The notes under the pieces were generated by a model. It saw only the letters and a list, made by a program, of their open reading frames with translations. It made no database searches and was not told where the DNA came from. The position numbers and the translations under genes were made by a program. A DNA stretch of 64,000 nucleotides from Tubiluchus corallicola (taxonomy: Eukaryota > Animalia > Priapulida): contig JAQGDQ010000047.1 in the NCBI GenBank assembly GCA_030141605.1, forward strand, positions 682,001 through 746,000, in the 5' to 3' direction. How positions within the stretch are numbered: the stretch's first letter is position 1; each line of letters opens with the position of its first letter. Positions 41,669 to 52,904 of this stretch are shown one piece after another.

Positions 41669-42802
41669 TATTGTTTGTAAATTATAAAGAATTATCACAA
41701 AGCAATTATTACTTGTAACATGAAGTCTACAAACTGAAAACAGTTAAAAATTACGTATACGTAATATGCATAATATATCTTCCAGATGGGAACTGTCTGT
41801 TTGTTACACACTCAATAAAAGAAAATTATTGATGGATACCTATCCTCGGTTAGTGTTTTTCTTACAAATTACAACATGTTTTTACTGAAAAACATTTTAC
41901 ACAAAAAAGTTTTATTTCATTTAAATTGTTTTTTACCATACTAACAGACACTAATAAGTGTAAATAATGCTTTTTGCAATATTATTTTTATACTGTGATA
42001 TGTAGTTTTGAGAAAGTAAATGTGTTGTTTCTGTGTAATTACTAAAATAAGCCCCTTCTTTGTGCTGCCTGAAAAGAACAGCAGTGTCGTGAAACAAATA
42101 AACTTGTGATGTATTTATTTGTAAAAATCATAGTTGTTATTGCTTTAGAAGTGTTGTCAATAGTAAAGAATATTACTCTGTCCTCATTTCAGCCTTGTTG
42201 TAAATGTGTTTATTATCATTAGTCACAAAACATAGATTTAAGTATTGAAATTTGATATTTTAGTCAAGGTTGGCAAGTGTCAAATGCTGATGGTGATGAA
42301 TTTTCCACAGCAATTAGCAGGACTTTTGTAATAACTTTAGACAAGAATGAATAGAGGTACAAAGATCCTACTGCACTGCATTATTTGCTTGTATGTACAG
42401 AATAGTAGCAAAATGGCTTAAATATGTAAGGAATTTACTTGCAATTACAATCCGAAAAATGTGTCTTTGTTATGCATTGTTTAGATTAGTTGTGTATGGT
42501 GATAGCATCTATTTTTTTCAACTTGTCTGAAATAATACTGGCAGACAACATAATTAAGCGTCAAGTGTTTTGAGTGTGTGTGGATTGCTTACACGGGAAA
42601 CTTGCATTTCCTAAGAATAGTATTAATACAACTTTACAATCATTTGTAAATATTGTTCCGCTAAAATAGTTATTAATGGGTATAGTATAAATTATCTGCT
42701 TTGCTATTTTGCTTGATTTTGCTTTCACATAAATGTGAATGTGTGTAAATTTTCTGTATAGAATTTCTGTTCTGCAGAGTGCCCTGTCTGTACTGCAATT
42801 AT

Positions 42803-42812
42803 AATAAATAAA
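42803..42812 (+). terminator. Candidate polyadenylation signal(s) of the DRAK gene
   Basis: Overlapping AATAAA at 42803 and 42807, at the end of a U-rich tract where strand composition flips to A-rich. A proximal AATAAA also occurs at 41814. Confidence 0.45.
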
Positions 42813-43118
42813 TCTTTTCAGAATTGTTTAAGAAGTCATTTTAAAAGTAGCATTTTATAATTATAATTCACGAAAGCATTGTTAGATACTATCAAGAATA
42901 CCAAACAATACAAAAATATACGTTTTAAAAATAATCACTTTTACAAACTTTATAAAATGTATAAAAATTATAAAATAAAAACAACAATTAAAACATGAGA
43001 TAAAATAGTTCTAGTTGATTAAATACAACAATACAAAGTAAAAAAGAATTTAGTAGAAACTGTATAGTACTAGTACATAAAATAAAAACAACATATAGAC
43101 TCTGGTTACAAGTTTACA

Positions 43119-43306
43119 TCATTTTTCCCTTTCGTCGCTTTTTTTACGATTTTTCTTCTCCAGTTCTTCTTCACGTTGCTGTTCAAAGATGTCCTCGGCG
43201 TCTCTTCGTTCTTCATCATCGTATTTTTCCTTATCAAGACGATCTAATTTCCTCAACCGGATGAGCACTTCTATCCTGTATTCTACTTCATCCACCAATG
43301 GATTAT
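43119..43306 (-). CDS. LRRC23: LRRC23-like protein, last coding exon (LRRcap and charged tail)
   Basis: ttgcag| (D)NPLVDEVEYRIEVLIRLRKLDRLDKEKYDDEERRDAEDIFEQQREEELEKKNRKKSDEREK*. Confidence 0.92.
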
Positions 43307-44127
43307 CTGCAATTCAAAGAATTATTCACATAACTTTTTTGTGCAGCATTGTGCAAGATAAATAGTTTCACAATCTTTCAAAAAAAATTGTGACAAAAAA
43401 TAAGCATTATTTTGGCAATAACATAATACTACATGGCTTGCAACACCATTGCTGTTCTATATAATGAGAAATTCTTGATGGGCAGTTACAACAAGTTCAC
43501 AGAATTTGTTTTGAGATTACAGAAGTGGTTGATAGGTGTCGCCACAATATTGGAACATAAAAGATGAGACTCTTGTTTTGCAAACACCATGCAGCAAACA
43601 AAATGCAAAAGACCTTAACAAGAACTCTAATGGAGCATGATTAATTCTGAGATCACAGCAAATATTAAGAATGGAATAGGTAATGTTATGAAAGAATTAA
43701 CAGAGGAAAATCCATAGATTTAAATAAAGCCACAGAAAGGTTGCCAGACTGCAAAGTGTGAGGCAACAATAGGTGCCATGGTGTACAATACAAAAAAATT
43801 CTTGCATAGTCTACAGCTTATTGTTGCAATCTCGGAAATGTGTAAACCCCAATTGTTTTCACAAACACCTAGTAAGTCCATTAATTTAAAAACCACTTTA
43901 ACTATTTATTTTTTCTTCTTTTTTCTTCACCAAAAAAATAATACCATGTTTAAAGAATGCTTATTTCATCAAAGTAATCCAATAAATCAATGTTTTTCAA
44001 TAAACGAAAACACTTTCAAAACTAGCTGAAACAAATTTACTTCGTATTTTAAAAAAATGGGAGAATATGTCATTAGTAAATGCTGAAGTGCCGACACAAA
44101 ACTGTATCAGTACTCCAAGTAATTTAC

Positions 44128-44204
44128 CTATCAATATTAGTTCTTTGAGAAACGGCAAGCATTTCAGCTTATCCAGTTGATCAATGTCTGCCAACTCATT
44201 ACTT
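44128..44204 (-). CDS. LRRC23: LRRC23-like exon
   Basis: ttgcag| (R)SNELADIDQLDKLKCLPFLKELILI |gtaaat. Confidence 0.92.
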
Positions 44205-44245
44205 CTGCAATAATAATATAAAACTTATTAGTGCCATAATAAATA

Positions 44246-44250
<5 letters not shown>

Positions 44251-44302
<52 letters not shown>
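44251..44302. repeat. (TAA)n microsatellite
   Basis: Uninterrupted TAA run close to an LRRC23 splice acceptor. Confidence 0.95.
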
Positions 44303-44303
<1 letters not shown>

Positions 44304-46250
44304 TTATTCTGCACTTGAAATAAAAATGTTCAAGCATCCCAAATTTTTGTTAAAGAAAAATTTGAATATTAATTTTATATTAATTTTTTTTGAGAAAAAT
44401 GTTAGAGAGTTTCAGCAATAAAACTGTGATCTGTGATAAGCGCTTCGTATAAGTAGTAAAACCAATTTAAAGTCACAATTACTTCGTGCTTGGGTTCACT
44501 AATTTTGAACGAAAAATGGCATCATCTGGCTACCGTCCAATATAAATACTTATCCACCCAGGTTCTTGAGTGAACTTTTTTGCAGCTGCAGTTCCTATTA
44601 TGAATTATACAACCCAAAACATTAAATGAGAGATTACTAATAATTTTTTTTGCTTGTGATGACTCCCGTTGCCACTATGCAATGAAAACTATTTACTGAG
44701 GATAAAATAATAGTGTCAACTCGGCTAGTTAATACCAACAAAGCAACAGAATTATTTTAACAAGTTAAAAGTGAACTGTATAAACTAAGTAACTTGCTGG
44801 CACCTACTGTGAGCCCGCAGCCTCGCAGAATTCCACTCTCATCTGGAGCATAATTATGTTATGTGTAGTACTTACATATTTTGAATGTATAATCTATGAA
44901 TTAAAGCTATGTATGCACTTTGAAGGTATTGTTAATTGATCCAATGACTGATTTTTACAAAAATACAGAGTTAAACACAAAAATTTAGCAAATAGCTAAA
45001 TTTTCGAGTGAAATGCAGAAATTTTGTTATGTGTGCCTTCATGCTGTCCATCAGCTTATGTCATTTTCAAATACGCCTGCAGAGAGGATTGTTTGGCAGG
45101 AGATAAGAATGATTTAAATTTCTTTTGCGTTTTTCAGCAAGGCATTTTATGGGCATATATTATATGGCAATTTCAGTATCTCAAAGTGTATTATAAATGT
45201 TCAAGGTTGGTTTTCCCTTTAATACAGCAAATCAAAAGGCTCTACACAAAGACTTGGTGAATAGTGACCCATATTTAAATAATGCATTTGTGTGGTGTAT
45301 AATAGTGCAGCTAATTAAAAATTGCATTGAATATTGTCAATGGAAAGTGTCAGCTCAAACATAAACTAACAAAAATGTTTGTTCAACCCTTATCCTTTCT
45401 TCTTTTTTGCCTAAATTTGACAATTTGTTTATTGTATAATAATTTTGAGATTACTGTAAACTGTATAATCAGTGCATGCTGGAAATATCTGAGAATTTTG
45501 TGAGGAAAGCCAAACGCAAAAATTTCTAGGCGCATCAATTACACTAGTATTCAATTTGCTACTGCCTATGTACTAGCATTGTTCAGTTTAGTTCAGAACA
45601 TAAAACCGGAAAGCATTGGCTAATGCTAGTATGCTGTCACAGTTAACTGTCCCAGCATACATGTTACCGATTAGCTAGTGAAAGGTATCGCCTACTTTTG
45701 TTGATTCTCATCACTTGATTTGAACTGTTCACACCTAATACAGTACATTAACGTGACAGCAGGCATTGATAAATGCGTATAGGTTCTTGTATATGCTGGT
45801 AAATACAGACAGTAATATTATTAATGACAGCACATTGCTTGGCAATGAGCCTTACTGTGAAATGAAGCCATAAATTTTTGTCAATCTTTAATTTGCATAG
45901 CATAATTTGCTTGGGATACTGTATCGCAAACTTGTATTATTATGCAAACAGGGCTTTAAAGCTCAACTCTCAAAAATTTAGCTTACATTTTTTCCCAGTT
46001 TACAGTATAGCTGTCACATATTTTCATGTTTGTATCATTGATGAGCACTGAATGATGCATAAGTAAACAGATCCTACAGGAACATTAAACTGAGCACAAA
46101 TCAAATGAAGTTTGTTCTACTTTTCAGTTTTGCAAAATTTGCTTTAGTTTTGCCAGCTTTTTTCAAAATTATCACACACACATGTCCAAAATCAGACTAG
46201 TGTGGCAAATGCAAAATTAATTAAGTATAAACAGTATTATCATATACCAC

Positions 46251-46387
46251 CTGACATTGAGATATTGTAGTTCCTTCATGTTGGAAGAAAATCCTTCCAG
46301 TGTTTCAAGATTGTTGTCACGTATGTGAAGGTTCTTTAATGAAACCAGGTTTTCTAATCCAGCAAGTTCTTGTATCCTATTTTCTGC
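46251..46387 (-). CDS. LRRC23: LRRC23-like exon
   Basis: ttacag| AENRIQELAGLENLVSLKNLHIRDNNLETLEGFSSNMKELQYLNV |gtggta. SDS22-type LRRs. Confidence 0.93.
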
Positions 46388-46522
46388 CTGTAATTTAAAA
46401 CTATTCTAGCTTTTGCAACAAGTGAGTTAGAAATATAATTTAACCCTTTCACATTACACAGAGACTTATATTTATATTACATTATAATTGATTTTTACCA
46501 ATACATAGTATCAAAGCCAAAA

Positions 46523-46762
46523 AACACAGTGCCATTATTTACTTTTTTCTATTTCAACTTTTCCTGTGTTTTGCTATAATTGTCCTGTAATTAAGTTTTA
46601 TTTTTAACAGTTTTAGTGTAATAATTATGTTTACTTCATGCTAACACACAGTGCCATTATTTACTTTTTTTGTTCATATTTTTCTGTGTTTTACTATAAT
46701 TTTTTTGTAATTAAGTTTTATTTATAACAGTTTTAATGTAATAATTATGCTTATTTCATGCT
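46523..46762. repeat. Two-copy ~120-bp tandem duplication in LRRC23 intron
   Basis: aacacagtgccattatttactttttt...gtaataattatgtttacttcatgct is repeated immediately, with scattered substitutions. Confidence 0.9.
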
Positions 46763-47425
46763 TTATTTCAATATGGCATACATAGTGGTTCAAAGGTAGT
46801 TGTATTTGTTGTGCAGAAGGCCAACGATTCAAATCTCGAAATGATTTCAGGCTTTCTTGTTGGCACCCAGAGTGTATCTGGATAAAAGCATTGTATCTTT
46901 AAATTGTTTAATTTCTGTGTAAACTATACAGCCTTATTATTTGGCACCTGTACCTGTACAACATGTGCGATAACACAATTTGTCATTTATTAAAACATTC
47001 AAGTCTATAATGGAGGTGTTTTGAATTTTAAAAAAATAGATCAAGTTACACAAACTCTTGTTTTGAAACATTTTTTACAAGCACTTCAAGGTGGTCATCT
47101 TATCAGAATAAGTGCTTAGAGTTATTTGAACAAAAACTATAAACCAAATACCAGCTTTTTTAAAGTTTGTTAGTCATGTACAGCATCAATTTAGGAATTC
47201 TGAATAACCTGTTAAGAAAAACTTGAAAAAAAATCAAAGAATCTATTTAATATATGCAGCAGTAAATTGTCACAAATTAAACATAAGATATACAAATCTT
47301 ACAACAAAGGCTACAAAAAGCTGTATTTAATCAAAATTCAAAATATTTTTGGATTTTAAAACAATGCCAATGCATTTATCTGTATCCATTTTTTTTAATA
47401 ATGAGTGTTGGATTTATTTACATAC

Positions 47426-47556
47426 CAAGAATAGATTCTTTAATGATGGTAACTCAAGACCGGCAGTAGATCTGAGTTTATTACCCCTTAGTTCAAGTGT
47501 ATGCAGATTAGAAAGCAGATGCTTATTTAGTCCTGTCACCTTGGAAATCATGTTAT
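47426..47556 (-). CDS. LRRC23: LRRC23-like exon
   Basis: ctttag| (Y)NMISKVTGLNKHLLSNLHTLELRGNKLRSTAGLELPSLKNLFL |gtatgt. Confidence 0.94.
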
Positions 47557-47753
47557 CTAAAGTACACAGAAAGTTAGTGTTGATATTAGTTATTGCTGGC
47601 ATGCCAAAATAAACCTCAAAGTTAGTAGTGAAACAGTTAAATTACCAAGAGGTTATTATTCCATAAATCTTTGCACATATCACTGAGGCACTCTTTTTCT
47701 GAGTTAAGTTATGAGAAAAATGATAACAAGACAAAATATAGTTATATACTCAC

Positions 47754-47857
47754 ATGAAAGACCAAGAAATTCAATGAGCGGATAGTCCAAGTTTTCTGTT
47801 GTCTCAATCTTGTTATTGCTAAAAGAAGCCACTTGCAAGTATGGCAGATCAGATATG
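47754..47857 (-). CDS. LRRC23: LRRC23-like exon
   Basis: ttttag| (S)ISDLPYLQVASFSNNKIETTENLDYPLIEFLGLS |gtgagt. The LPYLQxASF motif is recalled from LRRC23. Confidence 0.94.
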
Positions 47858-48937
47858 CTAAAACACAAAAAAGTGAACTAAACATAAGTTTTCAATGTGC
47901 AACTGAACATCCGCACTCTACAAAATATGAATGAAAATTTTAGGACTTTATGTTATGTTCTGCAATATCGTGATTTCCTGTGGCGCAAGTGCCGGATGAT
48001 ATCGCACCACAGAATTTTTCCTTTTTGCGATAATGATATTTGAATCCTATTAGTAAACAAAAGCAGTATTCATTTGCATACTGTACTTGTAACATGCCTT
48101 ACTAGCACCAGAAAGTTTTTAAAGACAACTATCGTTGTTATTTCCATTTATAATTTAGCTGCATGAAATGTATGTCATATACTGAACATTCCAGATATAT
48201 TTACTTTTTTGGGTAACTTTATGCTGTCAGTAACACAAACAGAAATGTGTTCTGTCTTTTTAGTTAGCTACAGTTTTCCATTGACAGCGTACTGTTGAAA
48301 AATTTTCTGGACAATATGCCCTTAGTGCTTTTCGACATTTGCAGGTATGTAGTCGTTTATGTGGGATAAATCATGTGTGCTGTCTTGACAAGTCTATAGT
48401 TCTTTTGACTACAAAATTGTGAAATACGGAAATTTCTGATAAATTAACGCCAACAATTTTTTGAACCATACTTTTGAACAATATTCATTGAACCATACAG
48501 AGCACTAGCTTTATGTATGTGCCTGAGGAAAATTTTGGTCGACGAAAGGCACATGGCATAACATTATGCATGTATTTCACTGTTGTTATTAATGTATTTA
48601 GATATAATACATTATTTACAGTACAGTCTTGTTCATAATTCCAAGTACAATTTTTTAAGCATGAGATAAAAGCAGAAAGTTTTCCACGCCAAAAACGAAA
48701 GAAACACTACTCTTTTTTTAATAACACAACGTTCTCTCAAACTCCGATAAAAGCTGCATCATTGACAAAACAAATGTCTTGATGGAGATTTTGGTAGCAT
48801 TTGATACCCATATCTATAGTTAACTCTATATTGAAACAACAACGTAGCAGTAACATTATGAATCCTATTTAAAGCAATTAGAAACTTCAGAAAGAATGGC
48901 ATTTGTAGTAAATATTGAAGAACATTTAAATATTTAC

Positions 48938-49087
48938 CTGGCAGTTGTTAACTTATTATAGTCAGCTTTCAAAGTAAGCAGCTGTGAGCAGTTAGAAAGA
49001 ACTGCGAGCTCTTTTAAGAAATTACTCGATAAATCAATGTAGCGCAAATGGTGATACGTAGCTAAAATGCTAACGTCGTTTAAATTC
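48938..49087 (-). CDS. LRRC23: LRRC23-like exon
   Basis: tttcag| (R)NLNDVSILATYHHLRYIDLSSNFLKELAVLSNCSQLLTLKADYNKLTTA |gtaaat. Confidence 0.94.
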
Positions 49088-49814
49088 CTGAAATTAAATA
49101 ATATATTCTAGCTACACAATGTCCAAATTCATATAAACCACCACATTTATGCACCTACATGAATATGCAGCAAAACACTCTAGTACTATGCACTGAAGAA
49201 GTGTGGGACTGAAGACTGAAATTATATTAAAAGAAAACTTCCCTGTTTACTGTAGTTGTTCAAAATCAAGCACTCTTTTAAACAAATGGGTGAGAAATCA
49301 TAAACAAATCTTGAAAAAATATCTCATTCTTCTCTCAATGGACTGACATAAAGTCAGCTGGTTTTTTAAAAGCTTCACTTAAAGCCTATTTGGACTGTAT
49401 GGACGCTTAAGTTGTCATCCTCACATGTTACACAATCTTGTCAGATGACTGTGATGAGTATCATGTTTTTAGACTATAGGGCCTTCCCATAGGTACGCAA
49501 AGCTCTGAAACAAAAGCAGTGGTCACATGCGAGAAATTCTGGGACTTGATTAGGTAAACTCATGTGCACATCATTCAGGAATTATACATGATCAGTTTCA
49601 TCTGTATTACGCAAAGCTATCATTCACGTGTATTCAGACTGTCAGAAAAGCATGTTACTCACTCACTTTCACCAAGAATAATTACAACATTGCCTGAAAC
49701 TTAGGAGAAATAGCAACAAAAAAGTTTGTTACCACTTGCTCTTATCTATAATTTATTTTAATGTTAAGTTTGCCACTTATTCATCAAAATAAATTAATTT
49801 GACATGTTATATAC

Positions 49815-50026
49815 CTTTTATGAATGTCAAGATTAACAAATGCATAAGCGAATCCGCTGCCCGTCTTGCATAACATTGACAAGCATTCAACGATATCATC
49901 TTTGATCAATGCACGACCTTCTTCCTCTTCTGCCTCTTCTTTTTCTTCCCCTTCTTCTTCTTTTTCTCTTTCTTCTTCTTGCTCTTCTGCTTCTCCTTCA
50001 CTGCCTTCGTCTCCTTCTATGAGTAA
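49815..50026 (-). CDS. LRRC23: LRRC23-like exon (acidic tract and LSMLCKTGSGFAYAFV motif)
   Basis: ttgcag| LLIEGDEGSEGEAEEQEE...ECLSMLCKTGSGFAYAFVNLDIHK |gtatat. Resembles the recalled LRRC23 motif LSLLCKTGNGLAHAYV. Confidence 0.94.
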
Positions 50027-50698
50027 CTGCAAGCACAAGTAAAACAGATTTTTATATAAAAAAAGGAGATTTATGACTTTAATATCTTACAAATTAAGCA
50101 TCTGAAAAAAACATTGACAAAAATTACAAAATAAACGATAACGCATTTTCGTACCATCTTTGGTTGACTAGCTGAGAATGCAGCATGGTAACAGTTGGGC
50201 AGCTGTTTGTTATTACGGATCCCATGTGAATGACAAAACCCTGTTCAGATGTAGAATGCAATTACAGTTTTGTGCTATAAGCTTTTGATATCATTATGTA
50301 GTTCAAATTGTATTCACACTTTATATGTATTAAGAACTTAGGATGATAGCAATTTACAAAAAAGCAACTGATAATTTGTTTTCCAGCGCTGTCAAGGAAT
50401 TAGGCTATTCATTAATGTGTAATTCTGTGAAAGAAGTTTTATAGAATTGGCAAGCTAGCAATGGAAAACCCTTGAATTCAATGCTAAGTGTGCACAATTT
50501 TTTGGCATAAAACTATAAACATATTTAACCTGTGCTGCAAAATAGATCTGTCAGTGACAGTTAAATAATTTTTAAAATGTGAAGTTAAACTTGTCTGTAA
50601 CTTAAGTTATTCATCAGTAAAATATTAAAATTAGCAATTTGTGTTGATAAGTTTTTTGACTTTCCAGGATGTCTATGTAATTACAATGTGTATATTAC

Positions 50699-50821
50699 TC
50701 TTTCTTCACCATGATCTTCTTCTTCTTCCTCTTCTTCTTCTTCTCTTCCTCCTCCTTCTATTTCCTCTTCTTCTTCCAAGCTACCTTCCTCAAGATCTGG
50801 CGAATCTTCATCAGGATCCAT
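50699..50821 (-). CDS. LRRC23: LRRC23-like first ATG-containing exon (acidic N-terminus)
   Basis: ttttag|aat ATG: MDPDEDSPDLEEGSLEEEEEIEGGGREEEEEEEEEDHGEER |gtaata, phase 0 into the next exon. The eight exons total 1122 nt = 373 aa + stop. Confidence 0.8.
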
Positions 50822-52739
50822 ATTCTAAAATAAGGGCAAGTGCTATTACAGTCTCAAAATTTACATGATGAATTTCCTCATTGCATTGTAATACATACAC
50901 AGATGCACAATGAAAGGTTGTAGCCTCTGTTATGGAACTTTATATATGACTGTACTGAAAAAGCAAACCATAGAAAATTGATTGATGTAAACGTGATTAA
51001 ATATCAAATCTAAAAATAAATTTATCTTTTCTAACTTCAAGCAACACATGAGAATTTTGGAAATGATGTGGTAATTGCATTTTTCCCATACCATTGTAAT
51101 AAGTGACACAGGACTTGCTTAAACGAGTTCAAATCAGCTAAAATGACTGATTTCAGACTGCAACACTGTGGTCAAAGTGTCTAACCACAGAACTAAATTT
51201 GACAAAAATGTTCAACAAGCTTCAAGTTATAAACATAAGCACTTACAAAAACATTTTGTGAACAGAAAGACTTTCGAAAAAGTGGCAGAGAAAATATTAT
51301 GTAGTGTAACGTATTATAATATTGTCAGCATAATCATTTCTCTCACTTGATAGAAGATCAGCCCCAACATTGAGGTTTTTATCAAGAGACAAGAGCTCAT
51401 TTGCTTAGTAACGTACAATACATGTTTTACAGCTATATGATTAATTTTCTTATTCTTTTCTAAGACAACTACAGGCAGTAGTGTAATGGTAAACCTAGAG
51501 GTGAGTATACTGACTCTAACTTGGTGGGAGTTGGAAGCTAAGGGAGACAGCACTGACATCCTTTGCACCCCCTTTCCCATGAAATTCTTGATTAAATGTA
51601 TATATATATATATATGTGTAGATGCTTAATCATTATCTGGAAGAGTTAAAATTTTAGAAAATGAACTTCTTCAGAAAATCCCGCCTTTAAAATGTTACTT
51701 TTTTATTAATATATCAGTAAAATAGACTTATTTATATTATAACAGACTCCAAGGCCCTGATCTTGGTAAATGTGATGTGCATGCATTGTTTCCTCTGCAC
51801 CAAAAAACCTAACCGCTATGTCTGGTAAAATCGTGGTTTACCCATGATAATCAATTAAAAGTTGCAAACTACTCCCACTGTTTTTAACTAAAACGAGCAT
51901 GCCATCCGCAATAATAAAATTGAAAACTACAGATACCAATGGCACCTGTCACACAGGTAATCAATTTGCCGTCTTCTGCCTACTGTGGGCTGCCCAACGT
52001 AAACCGTCAGCCATAATCTGTGGTAAGACTTTTTACAAGCTGTTTTGAGCAGTTCATAAGATGCCTTATTGCAAAGTGAATATGGCCACTTATTTTGAAT
52101 TGCCGTAAGGTGTTTTTGACCTTCGCTAAAGTGATAATTATTTGTGCATATGTATTTGTGAGTTTTACAATACGTAATTCCTTTATATCATAAGATTCCG
52201 TAACAGAATGGGCTCATAAATATTATAACCAATTTTTTGAATACAATACTTCACTAATACTATAAATTAGATGCGTGCAAAGAAACTGTTATTCTGTAAT
52301 GAGCAAAACTACCTAAATATACATGACAGCATTTTTAAATTAATACATATGTTTGACAACAAGCCATTTTATATAACTATATTAAACTATTTATCTAGAA
52401 CTACACACAAACATGAAATAGAACTTTTCAGACCAAGCATAAAATTGTTGAGTTATAGCAAGGCTTTCACTAAAATACAAGAAGCACTGTTTGTAGAAGT
52501 GTATGATCTCGGTCTATAGGGCTAAGTTCCCTAACGAATATCGTAACAATAAATTTTATAAGTGCACTTCGTGGCTTAGTACAATGAACGATCACATGGT
52601 CATCTTTTTCATTGAAAATAAAATATTCTATTTAATATACTTTTTAAAACTGTTTTAGATGATTTAGTTTAGCTATGTACAGGTCAAAAATTAATTCTAA
52701 TAAAAAACAATTTTTCAGGCCCTGTCAATATAGATTTAC

Positions 52740-52833
52740 CTCAACATAATCATCGCCTCCCGTTACTTGTCCATCCTGTGCTATGCGATCTTCTGTATGC
52801 GCCAAAAGTTGGTAAAGTAAATGAAGAAATAAT
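52740..52833 (-). other. Candidate upstream (5' UTR or non-AUG coding) exon of LRRC23
   Basis: Ends GAG|GTAAAT and is in frame with the MDPDE exon (LAHTEDRIAQDGQVTGGDDYVE|NMDPDE). It has no in-frame ATG, and the 5' boundary is uncertain. Confidence 0.35.
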
Positions 52834-52904
52834 CTGGTTTAGTTGAAAAATTTCCCATTATTTTGCTTGACTGTTTGCAATATTGTTACAAAATACGAAT
52901 TACA

